Below, piece by piece: positions 39,370-48,021 of a DNA stretch of 64,000 nucleotides. Source of the DNA: Oligoflexales bacterium. Its GTDB lineage: Bacteria; Bdellovibrionota_B; Oligoflexia; Oligoflexales; RGVZ01. The stretch covers positions 40,643 through 104,642 of the forward strand of contig CANFEB010000003.1 in assembly GCA_947445775.1 (NCBI GenBank), written 5' to 3'. Position 1 is the first letter of the stretch, and every line of letters begins with the position of its first letter. The translations under genes and the position numbers were made by a program. The notes beneath the pieces were generated by a model. The model saw only the letters and a list, made by a program, of their open reading frames with translations. It was not told the origin of the DNA and did no database searches.

Positions 39370-40076
39370 TTTTGGTCGTCCCCTGCTTTAATGAGGCGAG
39401 GCGCATTGAGATGCCGGCATTCAGTGCCGCAGCGGCCAATGTCGGTTTTGTTTTTGTCGATGATGGCTCGCGAGACAATACCGCGGCCGTGGTTGAGGCG
39501 GGAAGACCCGCTGATGCGAAAGTAATCCGTTTGCCACGAAACTGCGGAAAGGCTGAGGCCGTTCGTCAGGGGATGCTGTGTATCGCCACCCACCCCGAGG
39601 AATTTTTAGGGGTTGAAATAGTCGGATTTTGGGACGCCGACCTGGCCACTCCGTTAGCGGAACTTTCCGGACTCGTTGATGAGCTAGCCCAATCATCTGG
39701 GAAACTGGATGCCGTATTGGGCTCGCGCGTCAAACGCCTCGGAGCCAAGATCAACCGTTCTACGAAGCGCCACATCCTTGGACGCCTGTTTGCCACCATT
39801 GCCGAGGCCTTTTTAGGCTTGGCTGCTTACGACACCCAGTGCGGCGCGAAGGTCTTTCGCGTGGAGGTTTTGTCCAAGGCCTTTTCAAAACCCTTCGTCT
39901 CGCGCTGGGTTTTTGATCTTGAAATTATTTTGCGCCTCGGCAGTGACCGCATCATTGAGCATGCCCTAGCCAATTGGCAGGATGTTCGCGGAAGTAAGCT
40001 CAATATACCCATGGCCTCGAGCCGCATTCTCTGGGATTTATGGGTCATCAAGCGGCGCTATAAGGTACGAATATGA
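39354..40076 (+). CDS. GT2 polyprenyl-phosphate glycosyltransferase (ArnC/GtrB/DPG-synthase-like)
   Basis: VLVVPCFNE...VDDGSRDNT...WDADL...QCGAKVFR motifs. ATG at 39354 overlaps the methyltransferase end by 16 nt. Confidence 0.78.
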   Translation: MHKKIVLVVPCFNEARRIEMPAFSAAAANVGFVFVDDGSRDNTAAVVEAGRPADAKVIRLPRNCGKAEAVRQGMLCIATHPEEFLGVEIVGFWDADLATPLAELSGLVDELAQSSGKLDAVLGSRVKRLGAKINRSTKRHILGRLFATIAEAFLGLAAYDTQCGAKVFRVEVLSKAFSKPFVSRWVFDLEIILRLGSDRIIEHALANWQDVRGSKLNIPMASSRILWDLWVIKRRYKVRI

Positions 40077-40402
40077 ATCCGTGGCTCAGCTTGCTTTTTG
40101 CTGGACTTTTCGAGGTCGGGTTTACAACCTGCATGAAACTTTCCGACGGCTTTAGCAAGTGGCCTTGGGTTGCAGGATTTTTATTGTTTGCGGTTTTTAG
40201 TTTTTCCTTCTTGTCTGAGGCGGCAAAGATCATTCCCTTGGGAACCTCCTATGCGGTGTGGACCGGGCTCGGTGCTTTTGGAACGGCCCTAGTGGGCGTG
40301 TTTTTTTTCAATGAACCAGCCACACCCGCTCGGATTGCCTTGTTGTTGATGCTCATCGGATCGATTGTCGGTCTGAAACTCGTTTCCGTTACGGGGCAGT
40401 GA
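40073..40402 (+). CDS. sugE: SMR-family 4-TM transporter, SugE/Gdx subtype
   Basis: AGLFEVGF (membrane Glu), GTSYAVWTGLGAFGTALVGVFFFNEP and GSIVGLKL closely parallel E. coli SugE as I recall it. ATGA overlap with the GT2 stop. Confidence 0.85.
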   Translation: MNPWLSLLFAGLFEVGFTTCMKLSDGFSKWPWVAGFLLFAVFSFSFLSEAAKIIPLGTSYAVWTGLGAFGTALVGVFFFNEPATPARIALLLMLIGSIVGLKLVSVTGQ

Positions 40403-40436
40403 AAATGCTGAAAATAGTGACAATAAGGACAGCGGC

Positions 40437-41051
40437 ATGAAAATCGGGATGATCTCTGGCAGCCATCGCCCTAAGAGCCAGTCGCGAAAAGTCGCTAATT
40501 TTATGGCCGGTCGAATGCTGCAAATGGAGCCTGCCATTGAGCCTTGGATTTTGGATTTAGCCGAAGCGAATTTTCCCTTCTGGGACGAAGGCGTCTGGGC
40601 CGGCGAGGAAAAATGGAAAAAAATTTGGTCTCCTGTCGCGGCGCAGCTGACTTCATGTGACGGTTTTGTGGTGATTTCTCCTGAATGGAGTGGCATGGCG
40701 ACTCCCGCCATCAAAAACTTTTTTCTGTTGGCCTCGGCTCGTGAAATTGGGCACAAACCCTGCCTCATCGTCACCGTGTCTTCGGGGATTGGTGGCTCTT
40801 ACCCAAACAATGAATTGAGGACGTCGAGTTATAAGAACACGCGCATTTGCTATCTGCCCGAGCACCTCATTATCCGCAACGTGGAGAAACTTCTCAACAA
40901 AGTCCACGACACGGATGTAACCCCAGAGGACCAGTACATCAGGGGGCGCATCGACTATGGCATCAGGCTTTTAGCGGAATATTCAAAGGCTCTGGCGGGG
41001 GTTCGCGACAGCGGTCAGATCGATCACAAGACCTATCCCAACGGCATGTAG
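40437..41051 (+). CDS. NAD(P)H-dependent FMN reductase-family oxidoreductase
   Basis: Flavodoxin-like N-terminus (MKIGMISGSHRPKSQSRK) and a ..ISPEWSG.. motif. Confidence 0.68.
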   Translation: MKIGMISGSHRPKSQSRKVANFMAGRMLQMEPAIEPWILDLAEANFPFWDEGVWAGEEKWKKIWSPVAAQLTSCDGFVVISPEWSGMATPAIKNFFLLASAREIGHKPCLIVTVSSGIGGSYPNNELRTSSYKNTRICYLPEHLIIRNVEKLLNKVHDTDVTPEDQYIRGRIDYGIRLLAEYSKALAGVRDSGQIDHKTYPNGM

Positions 41052-41057
41052 CATTTT

Positions 41058-42191
41058 TTACAGCCGCGAAATCACTCCGGCCTTTAGTTGTATGAGGCTT
41101 CTTGGGCTCGTTGGTCCAACTCCGCTTTGGTCTTGAAACTGGCCACGCGACGCCGCCACCGCAGCATACGGCATAAACCTCTCGCCAAATCGCACCATGC
41201 GTCCGCCAAGGGACATGGATGAGATGTTGTCATCGACTCCGGAAACTTCATCGACGTTGAAGGAGTTTCCCGTCAGATTATTTTTTCCCTGCTTGACATC
41301 AAACCATTGCCAGCGAAAAAAAGGCGTCCAATCACGGTATGTGTATTCGACGAGTCCATTGGCGTAGGATCTCTGGTGTGTGGATTTTTCGCCGTCTTTA
41401 ATATGACCCTGAAAATCCACTGCAGTCTGGACATAGGCAAGCCAAAGGCCCTCTTTATATTGGGCCCCCAGTGACACAATGGTGGAATGTCCGGCGTCGT
41501 AGCTTGCTGCTTGCAACAGAGGTTTCCAGGCGGTTCCTGCAAGGGAATTTAATTGCAGGGATAAGCTTCCTGCGGGCTGCGTTCCCGTCGAAAAATAACC
41601 GCCACTCGTGCGCGTGCCGGCGTCATCCGCAATTAATTTTACATCATCAAAAATTTGCAGGCGCCAGGTCATGTCGCCCCTATGGGTCAGCTCGAAGGTT
41701 TGTTTGCTGTAACCACCGAGCACGGTGGTGGCACCCATGGTGAACGGAAAAGCGCCGGCGCCAACGTATTCAGCCAGGGAGTTTGGCCATTCGTAGCCGG
41801 AGATGTAGTTCCAGGTTTTTCCTGAACCGACGCTCCAGTGTTCGTCCAGCCGAAGGGTCAGCATGGCGTAATCCAGCGCCTGTTTAGCGGTGGGCTCAAA
41901 AGCTAGCCGAACAAAAAAAGCGACGTCTGGGGCAAGATCACCAGTGAATTTCAGTTTTGCCCGTTCAACGGTCATGGTCGCAAGGCTTTTGGGTTTGCTT
42001 CCAGTGCCGGAATCGCTAAAGCCGCGGTCGTCGCAAGTTAGGCCAGAGCGAAATTCGTAGCCGATTTTTGGCCACGTTGGAGCCAAACCGTCGGATACGT
42101 CTGCCCCAACGCCTGCGCTCGCACCTTGAGCGACGGCAACCGATGGGGAAAGCGCGGCGCAAGCCAGGGCAATGCTCAAAAACAGTTTCAT
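41058..42191 (-). CDS. Porin-like outer-membrane protein
   Basis: Signal peptide (MKLFLSIALACAALSPSVAVAQ) from ATG 42191, which forms an ATGA overlap with the upstream VIT1 stop. Beta-strand-rich, 377 aa. The 79-aa N-terminal extension in the track ORF lies inside VIT1 and is rejected. Confidence 0.55.
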   Translation of the reverse strand: MKLFLSIALACAALSPSVAVAQGASAGVGADVSDGLAPTWPKIGYEFRSGLTCDDRGFSDSGTGSKPKSLATMTVERAKLKFTGDLAPDVAFFVRLAFEPTAKQALDYAMLTLRLDEHWSVGSGKTWNYISGYEWPNSLAEYVGAGAFPFTMGATTVLGGYSKQTFELTHRGDMTWRLQIFDDVKLIADDAGTRTSGGYFSTGTQPAGSLSLQLNSLAGTAWKPLLQAASYDAGHSTIVSLGAQYKEGLWLAYVQTAVDFQGHIKDGEKSTHQRSYANGLVEYTYRDWTPFFRWQWFDVKQGKNNLTGNSFNVDEVSGVDDNISSMSLGGRMVRFGERFMPYAAVAASRGQFQDQSGVGPTSPRSLIQLKAGVISRL

Positions 42192-42892
42192 CCAATACTC
42201 CTGGCAACCAGGTAGGCAACTGTGGCTGCAGTGCCACCAATTCCCAGCGTCTGGAGCGCACTTTTCCAGGGATGGCTGGTGGTCATGCAGCCCTTTAAAT
42301 AACCAAAGGCGGTCAGAGCGAATGCCGTGACCACAATCGATACCTGCAGCGAATGATTGATATCGTCGGAGAGCATATAGGGTGTCAGGGGCACCATGCC
42401 ACCAATGAGATAGGAAAAGCCAATCCACATGGCACTGAGCCTGGCCCTGTTGGGATCTGGCATTTCAAGGCCGAGTTCAAAGCGCATCATGAAATCAACC
42501 CAGCGGCCGCGGTCTTTGCTGATGCTCTCCACAACGGCTTGGATCAAAGGCTCGGCGAGTCCATACTGACGGAAAACATCGGCCACCTCACGGACCTCTT
42601 GCTCGGGTTTTTCGTAGGTTTCTGCAAGCTCGCGCTGTTTTTCGCTGTCATAGTGCTCTGACTCGGTGCGTGCGGCCAGATACCCGCCAAGACCCATGGC
42701 GATGGCGCCAGCGGCAATTTCGGCCAGCCCCGCCGTGACAATGATTCGGGTTCCTGCTTGGGCGCCGGCCAGGCCGGCAGCCAGCGCAAACGGTACGGTG
42801 AGTCCATCCGCCATACCGATCACGACGTCACGAACATTACGTCCGGCAGTGAAATGCTTTTCCTGATGGCCGCCGATGAACGTGTCTTGCAT
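42188..42892 (-). CDS. VIT1/CCC1-family iron/manganese transporter
   Basis: VIGMADGLTVPFALAAGL, a central metal-binding helical domain rich in Glu (ESEHYDSEKQRELAE), and C-terminal TM helices. Confidence 0.8.
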   Translation of the reverse strand: MQDTFIGGHQEKHFTAGRNVRDVVIGMADGLTVPFALAAGLAGAQAGTRIIVTAGLAEIAAGAIAMGLGGYLAARTESEHYDSEKQRELAETYEKPEQEVREVADVFRQYGLAEPLIQAVVESISKDRGRWVDFMMRFELGLEMPDPNRARLSAMWIGFSYLIGGMVPLTPYMLSDDINHSLQVSIVVTAFALTAFGYLKGCMTTSHPWKSALQTLGIGGTAATVAYLVARSIG

Positions 42893-42910
42893 GTAAACTC
42901 TGGTTGATTC

Positions 42911-42936
42911 GTTTGCTTACCTGCATCATAGCAAAC
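42911..42936 (-). promoter_or_regulatory. 7-bp inverted repeat (GTTTGCT-N12-AGCAAAC) in the 49-bp gap between the wHTH gene and VIT1
   Basis: Perfect arms at 42911-42917 and 42930-42936. No U-run follows on the transcribed strand, so an operator or RNA hairpin is more likely than a terminator. Confidence 0.35.
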
Positions 42937-42941
42937 TTGGA

Positions 42942-43421
42942 TCAGTGGACAAGGTGATGGACGTCACGTAGGCGCCAACTTCCGCTGCGCAAATCATAGA
43001 CAAACCAACGCATGTCTCGGCCTTCGTTTAATTCTTGCTCGGCCAGCGCACGGCCGCGCCCCAGAAGTTTCACGAGGTTGTGGGCATAGGTTTCGGTCAT
43101 TCTTTTGGAAACATCGTCGCCCACGACCACCGGATAAATTATGGCTAAGAGATCATTGCGTCCAAGGGTGTTGTCCGGCGCATCAATAAAGGCTTTGAAC
43201 AACTTGAAAAGAAGTGGGCGAAGGTTCATCGGGACTTTCCAGCGGCCACAATGCACATGACATTCGCTGTACCAGACGGAGGGTATTGGGACGCGTTTTG
43301 GTTCACGCAAGGCGCGGCCACTCATGAGGCGGGAAAACTCATCCGTATACTGGGCGAGTTCGGTGACCTTGGATTGAATTCCGTTGAATACGGCTAGGGT
43401 GTTTTCGGTTGGGCTCAACAT
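42942..43421 (-). CDS. Winged-helix (OmpR/trans_reg_C-like) DNA-binding protein without a receiver domain
   Basis: LRPLLFKLFKAFIDAPDNTLGRNDLLAIIY....RMTETYAHNLVKLLGR fits the wHTH pattern. ATG at 43421 has AGGAGA 7 nt upstream. Confidence 0.5.
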   Translation of the reverse strand: MLSPTENTLAVFNGIQSKVTELAQYTDEFSRLMSGRALREPKRVPIPSVWYSECHVHCGRWKVPMNLRPLLFKLFKAFIDAPDNTLGRNDLLAIIYPVVVGDDVSKRMTETYAHNLVKLLGRGRALAEQELNEGRDMRWFVYDLRSGSWRLRDVHHLVH

Positions 43422-43628
43422 GTTTTCGCTCTCCTGTAGACGGTGAAAATCGGTACGCAACATTTTTGCTGCGTGGATGGCACCTGATCTGCCGCGGCCG
43501 AGAGTGATGGGCAAGGGAAAGGGCTGATCCAGCCAAGTCTGCCAGATATTTCGTCAAAGAATCCAGGCTGTTGAAACGAAACGCCGCATCCGCCCAGGGG
43601 GTCAGGGCGCGGGTGTTGTGCCGACGAA

Positions 43629-44867
43629 TTATCGTAGACTCCCACTGGAGACGGGGTTATACGGCGTCGGCTTTAGGCGCGTGGCGATTATTCCGGCGAG
43701 GGCAGTCAAGCATCCCGCAATATAAAATGGCCAGCTTGGGTTCAACTCGAAAATGGCACCAGCGGCGGCCGGGCCAAGCACACGGCCCAAAGACCCAAGA
43801 GACTGGTTCAAGCCAAGCGTGCTGCCTTGTTCGCTGGGATCGGCGGCCCGTGACACCATCGAAGAGTTCGACGGGTTGAAAATCCCTGACCCCGCCGCAA
43901 GGATGATGGCAGTCATGACCATGAGGGGGAAAACTCCAGTGCCGCCCGCCAAGGGTATGCTGATCATGGCGACAGTCAACAAGAGCAGACCATATTTTGC
44001 CAACGCCTGTTCGCCAAATTTCCTGCTTAGCTTACCGATCAAAAACCCTTGGATGAGAACCGCAGTAAACCCCACGGCGACAAGGTAGATGGCAGTCATC
44101 TGGGTGGCCATTCGCAGCCGCTCCGCAGGGTCCAGGCCGGGATCAACCCAGGTATGTTGAATGAATAATCCGATCACCTGTTCCATGATGGCAAAGCCAA
44201 GGGTGTAGATAAACGTCATTGAAAAAAGGATGCCAACATTGGTGTGGCGCGCCGCATGTTTCAACGCAGCTAACGAGATCAGCCGGCGCCCAGGTGCGCG
44301 AGCCTTAGACTTATCGAGCGTCTCAGGGAGCATGAACCAGGCAAACGCTAGGTTGCAGACGGCAAGAAAGGCTGCAAAGAATGCCGGTAGAACTGGCGAG
44401 TATTGTCCGAGGACGCCGCCTATGGCTGGCCCGATGATGAATCCAAGGCCAAAAGCAGCGCCAATGAGGCCCATCCCCTTGGCGCGGTCTTCGGGCTTAG
44501 TCACATCTGAGATAATGGCCTGAGCCGTGCCGAGATTGGCGTTGCCGAATCCAGCCAGCATTCGGGCGATGAATAAAGTGGCCAAAGTTTGCGCCAGTCC
44601 AAAAATAAGGTGGCCAACTGCACTGACCGCCACACTCAAAAGAATAATTGGGCGGCGGCCGATGCGATCGGAAATGCGGCCCCAAAAAGGAGCAAACAGG
44701 AACTGCATCAGCGAGTAAGAGGCCCCAAGCAAGGTGACTTGAGTGGCAGTGGCGCCGAAGGTCTCGACGTAAAATGGCTGGATCGGAATCATGATTCCAA
44801 AGCCAAGCAGATCCAGAAAGATCGTGAAAAAGGCAATCATCAAGGGTTTCGAATTTTTTAATTTCAT
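43629..44867 (-). CDS. MFS transporter (drug:H+ antiporter / Tet-like)
   Basis: 12 TM segments, with GRISDRIGRRP (motif A) and LDLLGFGIMIPI at the N-terminus. Confidence 0.85.
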   Translation of the reverse strand: MKLKNSKPLMIAFFTIFLDLLGFGIMIPIQPFYVETFGATATQVTLLGASYSLMQFLFAPFWGRISDRIGRRPIILLSVAVSAVGHLIFGLAQTLATLFIARMLAGFGNANLGTAQAIISDVTKPEDRAKGMGLIGAAFGLGFIIGPAIGGVLGQYSPVLPAFFAAFLAVCNLAFAWFMLPETLDKSKARAPGRRLISLAALKHAARHTNVGILFSMTFIYTLGFAIMEQVIGLFIQHTWVDPGLDPAERLRMATQMTAIYLVAVGFTAVLIQGFLIGKLSRKFGEQALAKYGLLLLTVAMISIPLAGGTGVFPLMVMTAIILAAGSGIFNPSNSSMVSRAADPSEQGSTLGLNQSLGSLGRVLGPAAAGAIFELNPSWPFYIAGCLTALAGIIATRLKPTPYNPVSSGSLR

Positions 44868-44989
44868 AAAATCAAGACCATTTTTCCGTGATTAGTGCAA
44901 GTTGGGTCAAACTAGATCAGGGCGGGCGCTATGGCAACCCGGTTCAGCCCAAGTCGGGCTATAATTAAAGGGCCAATGGAGGCCACCCC

Positions 44990-46600
44990 ATGCCAGCAAA
45001 AAAATCAGCTAAATCGGTAAACTCAATTAAATCGGTAAAACCTGTTGCCAAGACAGTTGCCAAGCCAATTGTAAAGCCTGTTGCAACGAAAGCTGTGAAG
45101 CCCGTGGTATTAGAAACACCCAAGGTCGCGCCAAAAAAAGCCCTGAAAGAAGCGAACAAAGCCGACGCCCCCTTTGGCGTCCAGGAAGTTGTTGCAGCAT
45201 TGCGCCCAGTTCTTCGCGGCGTAACACCGGCCAAGCCAGCCGAAGTTGCCTTGAAGGCTATCCGGGTGGATTCCAGGCGCTGCCGCAAAGGGGACGTGTT
45301 TGTAGCCATTCAGGGTGAACAGGCCCACGGTTTTGATTTTATTTCTCAAGCGGCAAAGGCCGGTGTTCTAGTCATTGTCAGCGACCGTCCAAGGCCAGAG
45401 GGCTTGGCCGCAGCAATTACTTTTATCGAAGTTGAAGACGGCCCCTTGGCTTTTCGCAAGTTGGCAGCGGCATGGCGCACTCGCTTCGCAATTCCCGTGA
45501 TTGGTGTCGCAGGCAGCGTTGGCAAGACGACCACAAAGGATTTGATCGCAGCAATTTTTACGGGGAAATACAAATCCGTGCTCAAGACCGAGGGTAGCCA
45601 AAACGGATTCACCGGAATTCCGGTAACCCTCATTGCCATGACCAAAGACCACAAGGCCGCCGTCGTAGAAATTGGAATTGATGATATCGGAGCCATGGCC
45701 CAACATTTAGAAGTGGTCCGCCCCGACATCACCCTAGTCACGGCAGTTGCACCGGAGCATCTCGATAAATTGAAAAACATCGACACTGTCGCCGCCGAGG
45801 AGACTTTGGCGCTGAAACGCACGGCGGCAACTGGTGGAACAGCGGTTATCAACCTTGACGACGAGCACTGCCGTCCGTTTGCAGGTTCCCTAAAGGCTGA
45901 AAATCGCGTTGGCTTTTCGCTGTATTCAAAGCTAAAACCCCGACCAGATGTTTTGGTGGGTAGGCTGTCCATGGACGGCCTCTCCATGGAAGTTTCGGGA
46001 GACATCAGAGGACAAAGATTTGTCCGCGAAAAATTTGTTTTGCCGCTTCTTGGCAAGCACAACGCGATGAACCTACTTGGCGCAATATGCGCAACTGCTG
46101 TCGCTGGCATTTTTCCAGACGAGATGCGCAAGGGGCTGGAGTCGTTTCAGCCGGGCTTTGGACGATCCAAGATTGAGCAACTATCCAGCGGCGTCTTGGT
46201 TATTTGTGATTACTACAATGCGAATCCAGCGTCAGTTTCGGCAGCGTTGGATTTGTTGCGCGAGCGCTCAACGGTCAAGGGGCGTCGCGGCAAGAAATAT
46301 GCGTGCCTTGGCGACATGCTCGAACTTGGCCGCGATGAAGAATCAATGCATCGCCGTATTGCGGACAAGCTAGCGGCAACGGGTGTGGACAAGGTTCTCT
46401 TGTTCGGTGAGCGCATGAAATGGTTGGCGGATGAATTGCGTCGACGCAAATTTGAAAGCGACGTAGAACATTTTCCATCCCACGCAACCCTGTCCGACCA
46501 CCTCAAGGAAAACCTGCGTCCTGATGATTACGTTTTAATCAAAGGGTCAAGGGGAATGGCCATGGAACGAGTCTGGGAAGACCTGCAAAGCCTTGCCTGA
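44990..46600 (+). CDS. murF: UDP-MurNAc-tripeptide--D-Ala-D-Ala ligase with a ~60-aa Lys/Ala/Pro/Val-rich N-terminal extension
   Basis: VDSRRCRKGDVFVAIQGEQAHGFDF and P-loop GVAGSVGKTTTKD (Mur ligase). ATG at 44990 has GGAGG 7 nt upstream. Confidence 0.9.
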   Translation: MPAKKSAKSVNSIKSVKPVAKTVAKPIVKPVATKAVKPVVLETPKVAPKKALKEANKADAPFGVQEVVAALRPVLRGVTPAKPAEVALKAIRVDSRRCRKGDVFVAIQGEQAHGFDFISQAAKAGVLVIVSDRPRPEGLAAAITFIEVEDGPLAFRKLAAAWRTRFAIPVIGVAGSVGKTTTKDLIAAIFTGKYKSVLKTEGSQNGFTGIPVTLIAMTKDHKAAVVEIGIDDIGAMAQHLEVVRPDITLVTAVAPEHLDKLKNIDTVAAEETLALKRTAATGGTAVINLDDEHCRPFAGSLKAENRVGFSLYSKLKPRPDVLVGRLSMDGLSMEVSGDIRGQRFVREKFVLPLLGKHNAMNLLGAICATAVAGIFPDEMRKGLESFQPGFGRSKIEQLSSGVLVICDYYNANPASVSAALDLLRERSTVKGRRGKKYACLGDMLELGRDEESMHRRIADKLAATGVDKVLLFGERMKWLADELRRRKFESDVEHFPSHATLSDHLKENLRPDDYVLIKGSRGMAMERVWEDLQSLA

Positions 46601-46713
46601 CAGGACTTACGCCTTGATTTTTGAGTTCAGCGTGACAGCACAGAAGCCATCCGGTACTATGTTTCCAAGTACGCGAAAAAGCTAGATAACTTGACGTAAT
46701 TTGGGACAGATCC

Positions 46714-48003
46714 ATGGCCATGACCCATTGGATGCGCTGGGCGCTCTCTACGCCTCTGATTGTTTCCGCCACCTCTTTGGCGGGAACATTCGAGGACGTG
46801 GAACTTCCCTTTTCCTATGAATTTTATACCTCGGATATTTTTTCGTGGGTCGATGGCACACGGCACGGAACCGTTAGTGACAGCGCAGGCCCAATGGCGC
46901 TGAAGTTGAAAAGCCTTGTGGATTCGACGAGAAACCATCTGGAAGTCGCCATTTACGGTGTTCAGAAACAACAGTGGTTTTTGGATTCGTTGCTGCACCT
47001 GAAAGCGGATCTCAACGTCAAGGTGGAAGCCGTCGTCGATCAACGTCAAGGCGAGGTTGACGACTGGAACCCAGAGAATTTTGATTATCCTGACACGTCG
47101 AAATTGGCTGGGCTTCTTGGCTCGGGATTCGTTAAGGTGGACATAGACCGTCGCGGCAATGCCAACACCAACTCCATCATGCACAATAAGTTTGTGGTCG
47201 TTGACCGCAAAAAAGTGTGGCTCGGCAGTGCCAATATCTCGCACACCGACGCCGGCAGTGAGTACAATGCCAATGTCGCCCTATTGGTCAAGAACCCGCA
47301 GATTGCCCGGGTATATTCGGATGAATTTCGACAGATGTTCAGAAGCGGTGCGTTTTCCACGGAAAAGGCTGGACGGGTCGATCAAAAGCCACTGCGCTTT
47401 TCCGATGGTTCGATAGTAGAAATTTTCTTTTCTCCGCAAGATGACCCAATGAACCGGGCTATTCTGGAATTTATTCGTCGCGCAAAAACGTCTCTCGATA
47501 TTGCCATGTTTTTTCTGACGGACCCCAAGGCAGCGACTGCGTTGAAGGATGCCGTCAAAAGAGGCGTCAAAGTGCGTCTGATTTATGACGCACTCGGCGC
47601 ATCCCATGCGGCATCAAAGCATAGTTGGTTGCGGGATCAGGGGGTGGAAGTCCGGGTTGAAAATTGGGGCGGCAAGATGCACATGAAGGCCGCCATTGCT
47701 GATGGGATCAATGTCCTTCTTGGGTCCCTGAATTGGTCGTCTGCCGGCTCTTTGAAAAATGATGAGAACACCATGGTGATTCGTCATAGCCAACGCTTGG
47801 GCGACGAGATGTCGGATTATTTTTCGCGTCTATGGGCAACCCTAGATCGCGCAGCGGGTGGCGACCGTCGTTCGCGGCCGAATTTTATGCGGGACCCGAG
47901 GGCTGAGGGCATTGAGTCGATAAATTCTTGCGAGGACGGCATCGACAATGATCACGACGGCATGTTGGACGCCGATGATGATGGGTGCGCAAATCACAGA
48001 TAA
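46714..48003 (+). CDS. Secreted phospholipase D-superfamily protein (two HKD motifs)
   Basis: HNKFVVVDRKKVWLGSANIS and MHMKAAIADGINVLLGSLNWS. Has a signal peptide and a Cys-bracketed Asp-rich C-terminal tail. Confidence 0.8.
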   Translation: MAMTHWMRWALSTPLIVSATSLAGTFEDVELPFSYEFYTSDIFSWVDGTRHGTVSDSAGPMALKLKSLVDSTRNHLEVAIYGVQKQQWFLDSLLHLKADLNVKVEAVVDQRQGEVDDWNPENFDYPDTSKLAGLLGSGFVKVDIDRRGNANTNSIMHNKFVVVDRKKVWLGSANISHTDAGSEYNANVALLVKNPQIARVYSDEFRQMFRSGAFSTEKAGRVDQKPLRFSDGSIVEIFFSPQDDPMNRAILEFIRRAKTSLDIAMFFLTDPKAATALKDAVKRGVKVRLIYDALGASHAASKHSWLRDQGVEVRVENWGGKMHMKAAIADGINVLLGSLNWSSAGSLKNDENTMVIRHSQRLGDEMSDYFSRLWATLDRAAGGDRRSRPNFMRDPRAEGIESINSCEDGIDNDHDGMLDADDDGCANHR

Positions 48004-48021
48004 TCAGGCGCAAGCGACTGG

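Noticed and set aside
40040-40076. A guanidine riboswitch (mini-ykkC or ykkC type) expected 5' of a SugE/Gdx gene
   Set aside because: The SMR start overlaps the GT2 stop (ATGA), so there is no untranslated leader that could hold an aptamer.
34996-41000. A direct repeat of the tRNA-Ser 3' end that would mark an attR for the island
   Set aside because: By eye, only an 8-nt ttcgaatc match near 35956 was found, which is consistent with chance. No integrase gene is present. The island boundaries therefore remain undefined.
41058-42428. The 456-aa long form of the porin-like ORF
   Set aside because: The extra 79 N-terminal codons overlap the VIT1 gene. The signal peptide begins at the internal ATG 42191, which is stop-start coupled to VIT1.
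45346-46131. A 261-aa ORF antisense to murF. Similar long antisense ORFs occur at 30552-31259, 29166-29804, 20829-21410, 61262-61876, 33787-34305, 4246-4659 and 5344-5811.
   Set aside because: Each lies fully inside a gene with strong family motifs on the other strand. Their products are Arg/Ala/Gly-rich and low in complexity, with no RBS. These are typical shadow ORFs of moderately GC-rich DNA.
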